Assembly (NCBI GenBank): GCA_017471825.1
Contig: JAFURQ010000013.1
Location: 13,096-77,095, forward strand
Length of the DNA stretch: 64,000 nt
Direction: 5' to 3'
DNA from: Clostridia bacterium
GTDB taxonomy: Bacteria > Bacillota > Clostridia > Oscillospirales > CAG-272
In this document: piece by piece, positions 17,615-23,987 of the stretch
Layout: the number at the start of each line of letters is the position of its first letter
Numbering within the stretch: the first letter of the stretch is position 1
The notes under the pieces: model-generated
Told to the model about the DNA's origin: nothing
Databases searched by the model: none
The model's input: only the letters and a program-made list of their open reading frames with translations
Translations under genes and position numbers: made by a program

Positions 17615-18016
17615 ATGTATACCAGTGCTAAACCCTATTTCTACGGAACAGGTAGAAGAAAGAAGTCCGTTGCAAGAGTTCGCCTTTACCCCGGTACCGG
17701 CGTTATCACCATTAACGGACGCGATATTGATGATTATTTCGGTCTTGAAACTCTCAAGCTCATCGTAAACCAGCCCTTCGGTGTTACCGAAACCGTTGGT
17801 AAGTTTGACATCGTTGCAAACGTTTGCGGCGGCGGCTTCTCCGGTCAGGCAGGCGCTATCCGTCACGGTGTTGCTCGTGCACTTCTCTCTGCTGATGAGA
17901 CCTACAAGCCCCTTCTCAAGAAGGCAGGACTTCTTACTCGTGATCCTCGTATGAAGGAAAGAAAGAAGTACGGACTCAAGGCTGCTCGTCGTGCACCTCA
18001 GTTCTCCAAGAGATAA
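17615..18016 (+). CDS. rpsI: 30S ribosomal protein S9
   Basis: [22 protein letters not shown]...[19 protein letters not shown]...[20 protein letters not shown] 17615 lies 9 nt after GGAGG. Confidence 0.97.
   Translation: MYTSAKPYFYGTGRRKKSVARVRLYPGTGVITINGRDIDDYFGLETLKLIVNQPFGVTETVGKFDIVANVCGGGFSGQAGAIRHGVARALLSADETYKPLLKKAGLLTRDPRMKERKKYGLKAARRAPQFSKR
17948..18016 (+). repeat. 69-bp direct repeat, copy 1 (functional rpsI 3' end)
   Basis: CGTATGAAGGAAAGAAAGAAGTACGGACTCAAGGCTGCTCGTCGTGCACCTCAGTTCTCCAAGAGATAA is repeated without mismatch at 18193-18261. Confidence 0.95.
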
Positions 18017-18033
18017 TCTATTTCTTATGTTTA

Positions 18034-18062
18034 AAAGGCTCCGTTTTTTCGGAGCCTTTCTT
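18034..18062 (+). terminator. Intrinsic terminator after rpsI
   Basis: AAAGGCTCCG-TTTTTT-CGGAGCCTTT followed by TC/T-rich sequence. Confidence 0.7.
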
Positions 18063-18192
18063 CATTTACTCGGATGCCCTCCGCCGTCACATAGTCATCG
18101 CGCGTCGCTCGATACGCTCGCTCCTTCGATTCCTTGTTTTGGGCGGTTTCGTCTTCGTGAAAACAGTTATTAACTGTTTTCACTTGCCTACC

Positions 18193-18261
18193 CGTATGAA
18201 GGAAAGAAAGAAGTACGGACTCAAGGCTGCTCGTCGTGCACCTCAGTTCTCCAAGAGATAA
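18193..18261 (+). pseudogene. Orphan duplicate of the last 69 nt of rpsI (copy 2)
   Basis: Perfect copy including the TAA stop. Nothing upstream of it is rpsI-like. Followed by two hairpins. Confidence 0.9.
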
Positions 18262-18287
18262 AAACATTGTGCCTCCGGCACAGTTCA

Positions 18288-18319
18288 AAACCCACCTTTC
18301 GAGGTGGGTTTTTGTTTTT
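18288..18319 (+). terminator. Intrinsic terminator after the rpsI fragment
   Basis: AACCCACCT-TTCG-AGGTGGGTT followed by TTTTGTTTTT. Confidence 0.7.
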
Positions 18320-18342
18320 ATCGCTCAAGAACCGAGGTGCAA

Positions 18343-18509
18343 ATGAAGCACACCTTACGGTGTATGAAAAATGAAGCAGGCTGCGCCCTATGAAGCGTGG
18401 CTGCGCCACACGGAAAGATACGAGTGTGCTTCGCTTCATAGATGTCGCAGACATCTGCTTCATAGCAACGAAGTTGCGGCTTCATATTCGCAGAAGGCGA
18501 ATGCTTCAT
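18343..18509. repeat. Dyad-organised array of mini-hairpins separated by ATGAAGC / GCTTCAT words
   Basis: Left arm: ATGAAGC at 18343, 18371 and 18390 (plus degenerate ATGAAAA at 18364). Right arm: GCTTCAT at 18433, 18457, 18479 and 18503. Between the words lie six different 11-15-nt hairpins, e.g. CACC-TTAC-GGTG, GTGGC-TGC-GCCAC, GATGTC-GCA-GACATC. Confidence 0.85.
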
Positions 18510-18524
18510 TCTTTTGCCGTTCTA

Positions 18525-18553
18525 TTTACATTCGTGGAAATTTATGATATAAT
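18525..18553 (+). promoter_or_regulatory. Promoter of the 18594 membrane-protein gene
   Basis: TTTACA, 17-nt spacer, TGaTATAAT. Confidence 0.55.
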
Positions 18554-18593
18554 GTAACTGTTGGATAAACTTAAATTTGTCGAGGTACACTGT

Positions 18594-18923
18594 ATGATAG
18601 CATTTATAGTTGTTTCGGGTTTGGGAATATTGATTTCTATACTCGGCATAATCAATATGACGGGAAATATTTCCTCAATTCACAGCTATCATAGAGAGCG
18701 AGTGACCGAGGAAGACAGAAAGCCGTTTGGCAGGCTCGTTGGTTTGGGAACGCTGCTTATAGGCATTGCTATGATCCTATTCGGTGTTATGTTCTTTATA
18801 TTCGAGCAAACACAAATACAGGCTCTTGTTGTAATCGGCGTAGCTGAATTGATTGCAAGCATCGCTGTGGGTATGATTATCAGCTTCTATGCAATGAAAA
18901 AGTATAACGGCGGTATCTTTTAA
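18594..18923 (+). CDS. Small membrane protein (DUF3784-like)
   Basis: MIAFIVVSGLGILISILGIINMTGNISSIHSYHRERV... three TM helices. ATG 18594 after GAGG. Confidence 0.55.
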   Translation: MIAFIVVSGLGILISILGIINMTGNISSIHSYHRERVTEEDRKPFGRLVGLGTLLIGIAMILFGVMFFIFEQTQIQALVVIGVAELIASIAVGMIISFYAMKKYNGGIF

Positions 18924-18954
18924 TAATAAAATTTCAATCGAACAGAGGTAAAAT

Positions 18955-19332
18955 ATGTGGTTTTGGTGGTTTATGCTCATCTGTGATTTGCTAATCCCTG
19001 TTATTATGTTTATTGCCGGAATAATTATGTGGAAGCATTGTCCCAAGAATATAAACGCATTCTTCGGTTATCGAACAACCCGTTCTATGAAGAATATGGA
19101 TACGTGGCGTTTTGCTCACGATTATTGCGGGCGACTTTGGTGGAAAATAGGATTGATAATGCTTGTTCCCTCTGCCCTGATACATATTCCGTTCTATCAT
19201 AGCGATGAAAATACACTTGGGCTTGTCGGAGGCATTCTTATGACAATTCAATGTATTGTCTTAATCGTATCAATTTTCCCAACGGAGTCCGCGTTGAAAA
19301 ATACGTTCAATGATGACGGAACGCGCATATAA
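18955..19332 (+). CDS. SdpI/YhfL-family membrane protein
   Basis: MWFWWFMLICDLLIPVIMFIAGIIMWKHCPKNINAFFGYRTTRSMKNMDTWRFAH matches the SdpI-family core (GYRT..SM.N...W..A). Confidence 0.65.
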   Translation: MWFWWFMLICDLLIPVIMFIAGIIMWKHCPKNINAFFGYRTTRSMKNMDTWRFAHDYCGRLWWKIGLIMLVPSALIHIPFYHSDENTLGLVGGILMTIQCIVLIVSIFPTESALKNTFNDDGTRI

Positions 19333-19448
19333 ATCAAATTAAATCAATAAATTTCACTCTACTAACGGTTGTTTTCTCCTCACTCAACCAACAGTATGTG
19401 GATTTTTTATGCGTTTGCAGTTATACTGTAAACGAAAGGAGGCAATCT

Positions 19449-20057
19449 ATGGATCAAATTAAAATTGGAAGGTTTATTGCCGAGTGCAGAAAAAACGTAA
19501 ACCTGACACAGATGCAGCTGGCAGAAAAGCTGAATATTACCGATAGAGCAGTATCAAAGTGGGAATGTGGCAAAGCGATGCCCGATACCGCTATTATGCT
19601 TGAGCTTTGTGATATCCTCTGTATCAGTGTAAATGAATTATTAAGTGGGGAGAAAATTAATATGGAAAACAGTAATCAGAAAAATGAACAGCTTTTGCTT
19701 GATATGGCAAAAGAAGTAGAGCAAAAAAACAAAATCATTTGGACATCTATGTGGGCAATTATGATTGTAAGTATAGTAGCCCTGCTTGCGGGTGTCTCAA
19801 TTGCCGCTTTTTTAATACCCGAAGGAGTATGGCAGATTGTAGCGATTCTTGGAATCAGCATTGTATTTCTGATACCTTGCTTTTACGCATTAAAGCTTGA
19901 AATAAGCGTAGGTGCTTACAAGTGCAAAAATTGCGGTCACGAGATCGTGCCTACCTATGCGCAGGCACTTAATGCGATGCACATGGGAACAACGCGGTAC
20001 TTGAAGTGCCCGAAATGCCAAAAACGCACTTGGTGCAAAAAGGTGTTGAAAAAATAA
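19449..20057 (+). CDS. Membrane-anchored XRE-family HTH regulator with C-terminal zinc ribbon
   Basis: IGRFIAECRKNVNLTQMQLAEKLNITDRAVSKWECG (HTH_3). Two TM helices. CKNCGHE...CPKCQKR zinc ribbon. Confidence 0.75.
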   Translation: MDQIKIGRFIAECRKNVNLTQMQLAEKLNITDRAVSKWECGKAMPDTAIMLELCDILCISVNELLSGEKINMENSNQKNEQLLLDMAKEVEQKNKIIWTSMWAIMIVSIVALLAGVSIAAFLIPEGVWQIVAILGISIVFLIPCFYALKLEISVGAYKCKNCGHEIVPTYAQALNAMHMGTTRYLKCPKCQKRTWCKKVLKK

Positions 20058-20098
20058 AATTTCGGTGCTTTTTCAAGCGCCTTGCCGCATAAAACAAA

Positions 20099-20127
20099 AC
20101 CCGTTAGTCGTGAAAGACTAACGGGTT
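20099..20127. terminator. 29-nt terminator hairpin, direct-repeat copy 1
   Basis: ACCCGTTAGTC-GTGAAA-GACTAACGGGT(T) flanked by an A-run and T-rich sequence. Identical 29-mer at 20906-20934. Confidence 0.85.
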
Positions 20128-20156
20128 GTTGTTATTTTGGTTATAAACTCTCTTGT

Positions 20157-20480
20157 TTATTGCTTTTCCGAAAGCTTATATGTTAAAGTTTCTATCAATT
20201 TTTTATTTTCCTGTGACAAGGAATTGAAACAATTTATAAATTCTGTGGTTTCGTACTCCGAATAGCACCCTCTTAATATATAATCAGCGCTTACATTAAT
20301 TGCGCTGCAAAGCTTAATTATATTTTCGGGTCTTATTGCTTTTTTTCCCTGCTCTAAATTAGATATCATTTGCAACGATACGTCCATAAGCTCTGCCAAT
20401 TTTTCTTGTGTCATTCCTATTTCTTTTCGGCGATTTTTAATTCTAACTCCAATTTCCTTAAGTAAAATATCGTCCTTCAT
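20157..20480 (-). CDS. XRE-family transcriptional repressor
   Basis: IGVRIKNRRKEIGMTQEKLAELMDVSLQMISNLEQGKKAIRPENIIKLCSAINVSADYIL. Confidence 0.85.
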   Translation of the reverse strand: MKDDILLKEIGVRIKNRRKEIGMTQEKLAELMDVSLQMISNLEQGKKAIRPENIIKLCSAINVSADYILRGCYSEYETTEFINCFNSLSQENKKLIETLTYKLSEKQ

Positions 20481-20540
20481 AGAACACCCCTCAATACATC
20501 TTATGTTATAATTTTATCATTTATAGATTAAAAAAATAAT

Positions 20541-20579
20541 CATCTATAGGTTGACATTTTTAAACTATAGATGTATAAT
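20541..20579 (+). promoter_or_regulatory. Promoter with flanking palindromic operator
   Basis: CATCTATAG (20541-49) / CTATAGATG (20565-73) is a perfect inverted repeat bracketing TTGACA (20551-56). TATAAT (20574-79) lies 17 nt downstream. A further half-site-like TTATAGAT lies at 20521-20528. Confidence 0.6.
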
Positions 20580-20624
20580 ATTATTGTCAAGAGAGAACAA
20601 ATCTACTTTTGAGAGGTTAAAATA

Positions 20625-20786
20625 ATGAAATGTTGTAAAAATTGTCAGTATTGTAAGCGCGCGGAAACTCTTATTCCAAGATACATTTGTCATCTGCACG
20701 GTAGTGTATATGTAAGTGCAAACGGTTGCTGTAACGATTTTTCCGAAAAGAAAACATTAGAAAATTCCGGTTACAGAAAGTATTAA
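20625..20786 (+). CDS. Unlisted 53-aa Cys-rich small protein
   Basis: My translation: MKCCKNCQYCKRAETLIPRYICHLHGSVYVSANGCCNDFSEKKTLENSGYRKY*. GAGAGG lies 8 nt upstream. Below the ORF-track length cutoff. Confidence 0.45.
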   Translation: MKCCKNCQYCKRAETLIPRYICHLHGSVYVSANGCCNDFSEKKTLENSGYRKY

Positions 20787-20793
20787 TTTTACT

Positions 20794-20868
20794 ATGACAG
20801 TTGGTTTTATTATTATAGGCGCTCTATTATTAATATCTTTTTTAATATACGCCTGGACTGGTGGCTAA
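20794..20868 (+). CDS. Possible 24-aa hydrophobic peptide
   Basis: MTVGFIIIGALLLISFLIYAWTGG* begins 7 nt after the previous stop. No clear SD, so tentative. Confidence 0.25.
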   Translation: MTVGFIIIGALLLISFLIYAWTGG

Positions 20869-20905
20869 CTAATACTTTTATGTTCTCTCTTTTTAAAATT
20901 TAAAG

Positions 20906-20934
20906 ACCCGTTAGTCGTGAAAGACTAACGGGTT
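20906..20934. terminator. 29-nt terminator hairpin, direct-repeat copy 2
   Basis: Identical to 20099-20127. Serves the plus-strand small ORFs and minus-strand metA. Confidence 0.85.
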
Positions 20935-20939
20935 TTGTT

Positions 20940-21878
20940 TTATTTCTTTGCTTTTCCGGAGCTGTATGCTGTGTCAATATCATACGGCGTGGTCTGATAT
21001 ACGAAATAGTTAAGCCAGTTACAGAATAAAAGATTTGCGTGAGCGCGCCAGCTGACGATAGGCGCTTTTTTGGGGTTATCGTTCGGGAAATAGTTTTCGG
21101 GAATTTTTATAGGCTTTCCCTGCTCAACGTCGCGTACATACTCTGCTTTGAGTGTGTCGGCATCGTATTCGCTGTGTCCTGTGATGAAAATTTGGCGTCC
21201 CTTTGAGTTCATAACCGCATAAACGCCGGCTTTTTCGGATGAGGATAGAATTTTAAGTCCTTGAGCCGCCTCGATATCCTCGCGCAAAACTGTGGTATGG
21301 CGTGAGTGAGGGGCCATAAAATTATCATCAAATCCGCGGAAAAGTATTGATCTTTTGTAATCGACCTTATGCGGAAATACTCCAAACAGCTTTTCGGATA
21401 AGGGGTATTTCTTTATTCCGTAATGATAGTAGAGTCCTGCCTGTGCCGCCCAACAGATATGCAGAGTGCTGTGACAATGGGTTTTGGACCATTCCATTAT
21501 TTCAACAAGCTCGTCCCAATACTCCACCTCTTCAAATTCAAGATGCTCAACGGGTGCGCCCGTTATTATAAAGCCATCGTAATAATTGCCTTTTACCTCG
21601 TCGAAGGTTTTATAGAAGGAGAGAAGATGCTCCTCTGCAACGTTTTTTGACTTATGGCTTTTGGTATGAATAAGCTCAAGCTCAACCTGAAGCGGTGTGT
21701 TACCGAGGAGTCTTGAAAACTGAGTTTCGGTTTCTATCTTCTTTGGCATTAAATTAAGGAGAAGAATTTTCAGGGGACGTATATCCTGCGAAACCGCACG
21801 GTTTTCAGTCATCACAAAGATATTCTCATCCGTTAACGTTTTTACCGCAGGGAGATTGTTCGGAATTTTGATTGGCAT
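20940..21878 (-). CDS. metA: Homoserine O-acyltransferase (MetA family)
   Basis: [23 protein letters not shown]...[18 protein letters not shown]...HICWAAQ...GHSEYD are characteristic MetA/HTS motifs. Confidence 0.93.
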   Translation of the reverse strand: MPIKIPNNLPAVKTLTDENIFVMTENRAVSQDIRPLKILLLNLMPKKIETETQFSRLLGNTPLQVELELIHTKSHKSKNVAEEHLLSFYKTFDEVKGNYYDGFIITGAPVEHLEFEEVEYWDELVEIMEWSKTHCHSTLHICWAAQAGLYYHYGIKKYPLSEKLFGVFPHKVDYKRSILFRGFDDNFMAPHSRHTTVLREDIEAAQGLKILSSSEKAGVYAVMNSKGRQIFITGHSEYDADTLKAEYVRDVEQGKPIKIPENYFPNDNPKKAPIVSWRAHANLLFCNWLNYFVYQTTPYDIDTAYSSGKAKK

Positions 21879-21915
21879 TTGTAGTCCTTTCCGACGGGGC
21901 TACCGTCAAGCCTCC

Positions 21916-23202
21916 TTAAACCTCTTCGAGAGCGGAGGCGATATCTGCTATAAGATCGTTGTAATGCTCAAGTCCGCAGGAAAGACGAACGAGATCCGAG
22001 GGAACGCCTGCCGCCGTAAGCTCCTCGTCTGTCATCTGGCGATGGGTTGAGCTCGCAGGATGCAGACAGCAGGAGCGCGCATCTGCAACGTGAGTTTCGA
22101 TAGCGGCAATTTTAAGAGCCTTCATAAACTTTTCGGCAGCCGCTCTGCCACCCTTTATACCAAAGCTTACAACGCCGCAGGTACCGTTTGGCATATACTT
22201 TTTAGCAAGCTCGTAGTACTTATTTGATTCAAGACCGGGGTAGTTTACCCAACCGATTTTTTCGTGAGATTCGAGGAATTTCGCTACACGGGTGGCATTC
22301 TCGCAGTGTCTTGCCATTCTTACGTGAAGGCTTTCGAGGCCGAGATTGAGTATGAATGCGTTTTGCGGTGACTGCGTCGCTCCGAAGTCGCGCATAAGCT
22401 GAGCGGTTGCCTTATAGATGAAGGCGCCCTCCTTGCCGAAGCGCTCCGCATACGTGATTCCGTGATAGCTTTCATCAGGGGTGCACAGGCCGGGGAATTT
22501 TTCCGCGTGCGCCATCCAATCGAAGTTACCCGAATCGACTATACAGCCGCCGACAGCCGCACCGTGACCGTCCATATACTTTGTTGTTGAATGAGTTACG
22601 ATATCTGCGCCGTGCTCAAAGGGACGGCAATTAACGGGTGTAGCAAAGGTGTTGTCAATTATAAGAGGAACACCGTGTGCGTGAGCCGCCTTTGCAAATT
22701 TTTCTATATCAAGAACGGTAAGCGCGGGGTTTGCAAGGGTTTCGCCGAATACCGCCTTCGTATTCTCTCTGAAGGCAGCGTTAAGCTCCTCCTCGGTGCA
22801 ATCGGGGTCAATGAAGGTGAAATCTATTCCCATCTTCTTCATAGTAACTGCAAAAAGGTTGTAGGTACCGCCGTAGATGCTCGCAGAGGATATTACGTGG
22901 TCGCCGCAATTTGCAATATTGAAAATCGAAAAGAAGGATGCCGCCTGTCCCGAGGACAAAAGCATTGACGCGGTGCCGCCTTCAAGCTCGCATATTTTTG
23001 CCGCGACGGTATCACAGGTCGGGTTTTGAAGTCTGGAATAAAAATATCCCGATGCCTCGAGGTCAAAAAGCTTGCCCATTTCCTCGCTCGTTGTATATTT
23101 AAAGGTTGTGCTCTGTATTATCGGAATCTGACGGGGCTCGCCGTTCCCTGCGGTGTATCCGCCCTGAACACATTTGGTTTCGATAGAATAGTTGTTTTTC
23201 AA
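21916..23202 (-). CDS. metY: O-acetylhomoserine sulfhydrylase / aminocarboxypropyltransferase (PLP-dependent)
   Basis: Cys/Met-metabolism PLP family with the lysine motif HSTTKYMDGHG. TTG start at 23202. 37 nt upstream of metA. Confidence 0.88.
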   Translation of the reverse strand: MKNNYSIETKCVQGGYTAGNGEPRQIPIIQSTTFKYTTSEEMGKLFDLEASGYFYSRLQNPTCDTVAAKICELEGGTASMLLSSGQAASFFSIFNIANCGDHVISSASIYGGTYNLFAVTMKKMGIDFTFIDPDCTEEELNAAFRENTKAVFGETLANPALTVLDIEKFAKAAHAHGVPLIIDNTFATPVNCRPFEHGADIVTHSTTKYMDGHGAAVGGCIVDSGNFDWMAHAEKFPGLCTPDESYHGITYAERFGKEGAFIYKATAQLMRDFGATQSPQNAFILNLGLESLHVRMARHCENATRVAKFLESHEKIGWVNYPGLESNKYYELAKKYMPNGTCGVVSFGIKGGRAAAEKFMKALKIAAIETHVADARSCCLHPASSTHRQMTDEELTAAGVPSDLVRLSCGLEHYNDLIADIASALEEV

Positions 23203-23238
23203 AAAATCACTTCCCTAATATATTATTATAACATTAAA

Positions 23239-23267
23239 ATTCTAACATAAAAAGGCGGCGATGTCAA
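23239..23267 (-). promoter_or_regulatory. Candidate metY-metA promoter embedded in the upstream terminator
   Basis: Minus strand reads TTGACA (in the hairpin loop), 17-nt spacer, TAGAAT. Leaves only a ~40-nt leader. Confidence 0.4.
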
Positions 23268-23281
23268 CACACTCGCCGCCT
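23253..23281 (-). terminator. Intrinsic terminator after 23286-23882
   Basis: AGGCGGCGA-N11-TCGCCGCCT with a T-run on the minus strand. Confidence 0.7.
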
Positions 23282-23285
23282 AAAA

Positions 23286-23882
23286 TTATATTGTTTCCTT
23301 GAATTTTATACGAATTTCCCTGTTATCGTCTATTTTTTCCGAGGTTACGGTAAAAAGCTCGCAATCTCGGAAGAAAACGTTTGGAGTATCGCTTTTGTCC
23401 ATTACAAAATCACCGACAGCCGCAACTATATCCTCCTCCGACATCTTGAAGAAACGCAAAATTGATTTTGCCGCGCGCTTTCTTCCTATAACCTTGCCTC
23501 TGAAAAGATATATATCCATCGGCGGATCGTCCTTCAAGCCGGATAACAACGACGGTGTTCCGTTGTTTCCAAACAATTCAATTTTAAGATCTGCGCCGGG
23601 TCTTATAGTTAGTATAAGCGTTTTATCCTTATTTATAATTGCTTTATCCCGTGAGGAGAAAAGGCCGAGCATTTTTATTTCCTCATAGGAAATCACTACC
23701 ATTCTGAAAAAGTAGAGGAAAATAAATATCATAGCCGCAGAAAGCACTACAATAAGGGGTATTAAGCCCATAAGGGTATCAACCGTGGAGTTAAAGCGGC
23801 AGGCTACTACTAACAAAAAAGCTAAGGGAAGCTCACTCAAATAAAACCAAGCGTTTGTGCAAAAAAGATATTTTTTCTTCAT
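23286..23882 (-). CDS. Hypothetical membrane protein (2-3 N-terminal TM helices + soluble domain)
   Basis: ORF track only. Hydrophobic N-terminal third. Weak RBS. Confidence 0.5.
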   Translation of the reverse strand: MKKKYLFCTNAWFYLSELPLAFLLVVACRFNSTVDTLMGLIPLIVVLSAAMIFIFLYFFRMVVISYEEIKMLGLFSSRDKAIINKDKTLILTIRPGADLKIELFGNNGTPSLLSGLKDDPPMDIYLFRGKVIGRKRAAKSILRFFKMSEEDIVAAVGDFVMDKSDTPNVFFRDCELFTVTSEKIDDNREIRIKFKETI

Positions 23883-23916
23883 TGTTCTTTGCCCTTACAA
23901 TTGAGGTTTTTAAAAG

Positions 23917-23945
23917 ATTGCCGCAAGCGTATAACTTGCGGCAAT
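23917..23945 (-). terminator. Terminator after the giant surface-protein gene
   Basis: ATTGCCGCAAG-N7-CTTGCGGCAAT hairpin 43 nt past the stop. Confidence 0.6.
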
Positions 23946-23987
23946 CCGTTGTTTATTGCTGGGGTAGTGATTCCGCGTTAGCGGTTA

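Noticed and set aside
17105-17866. 253-aa minus-strand ORF across rplM-rpsI
   Set aside because: It is antisense to two unmistakable ribosomal protein genes.
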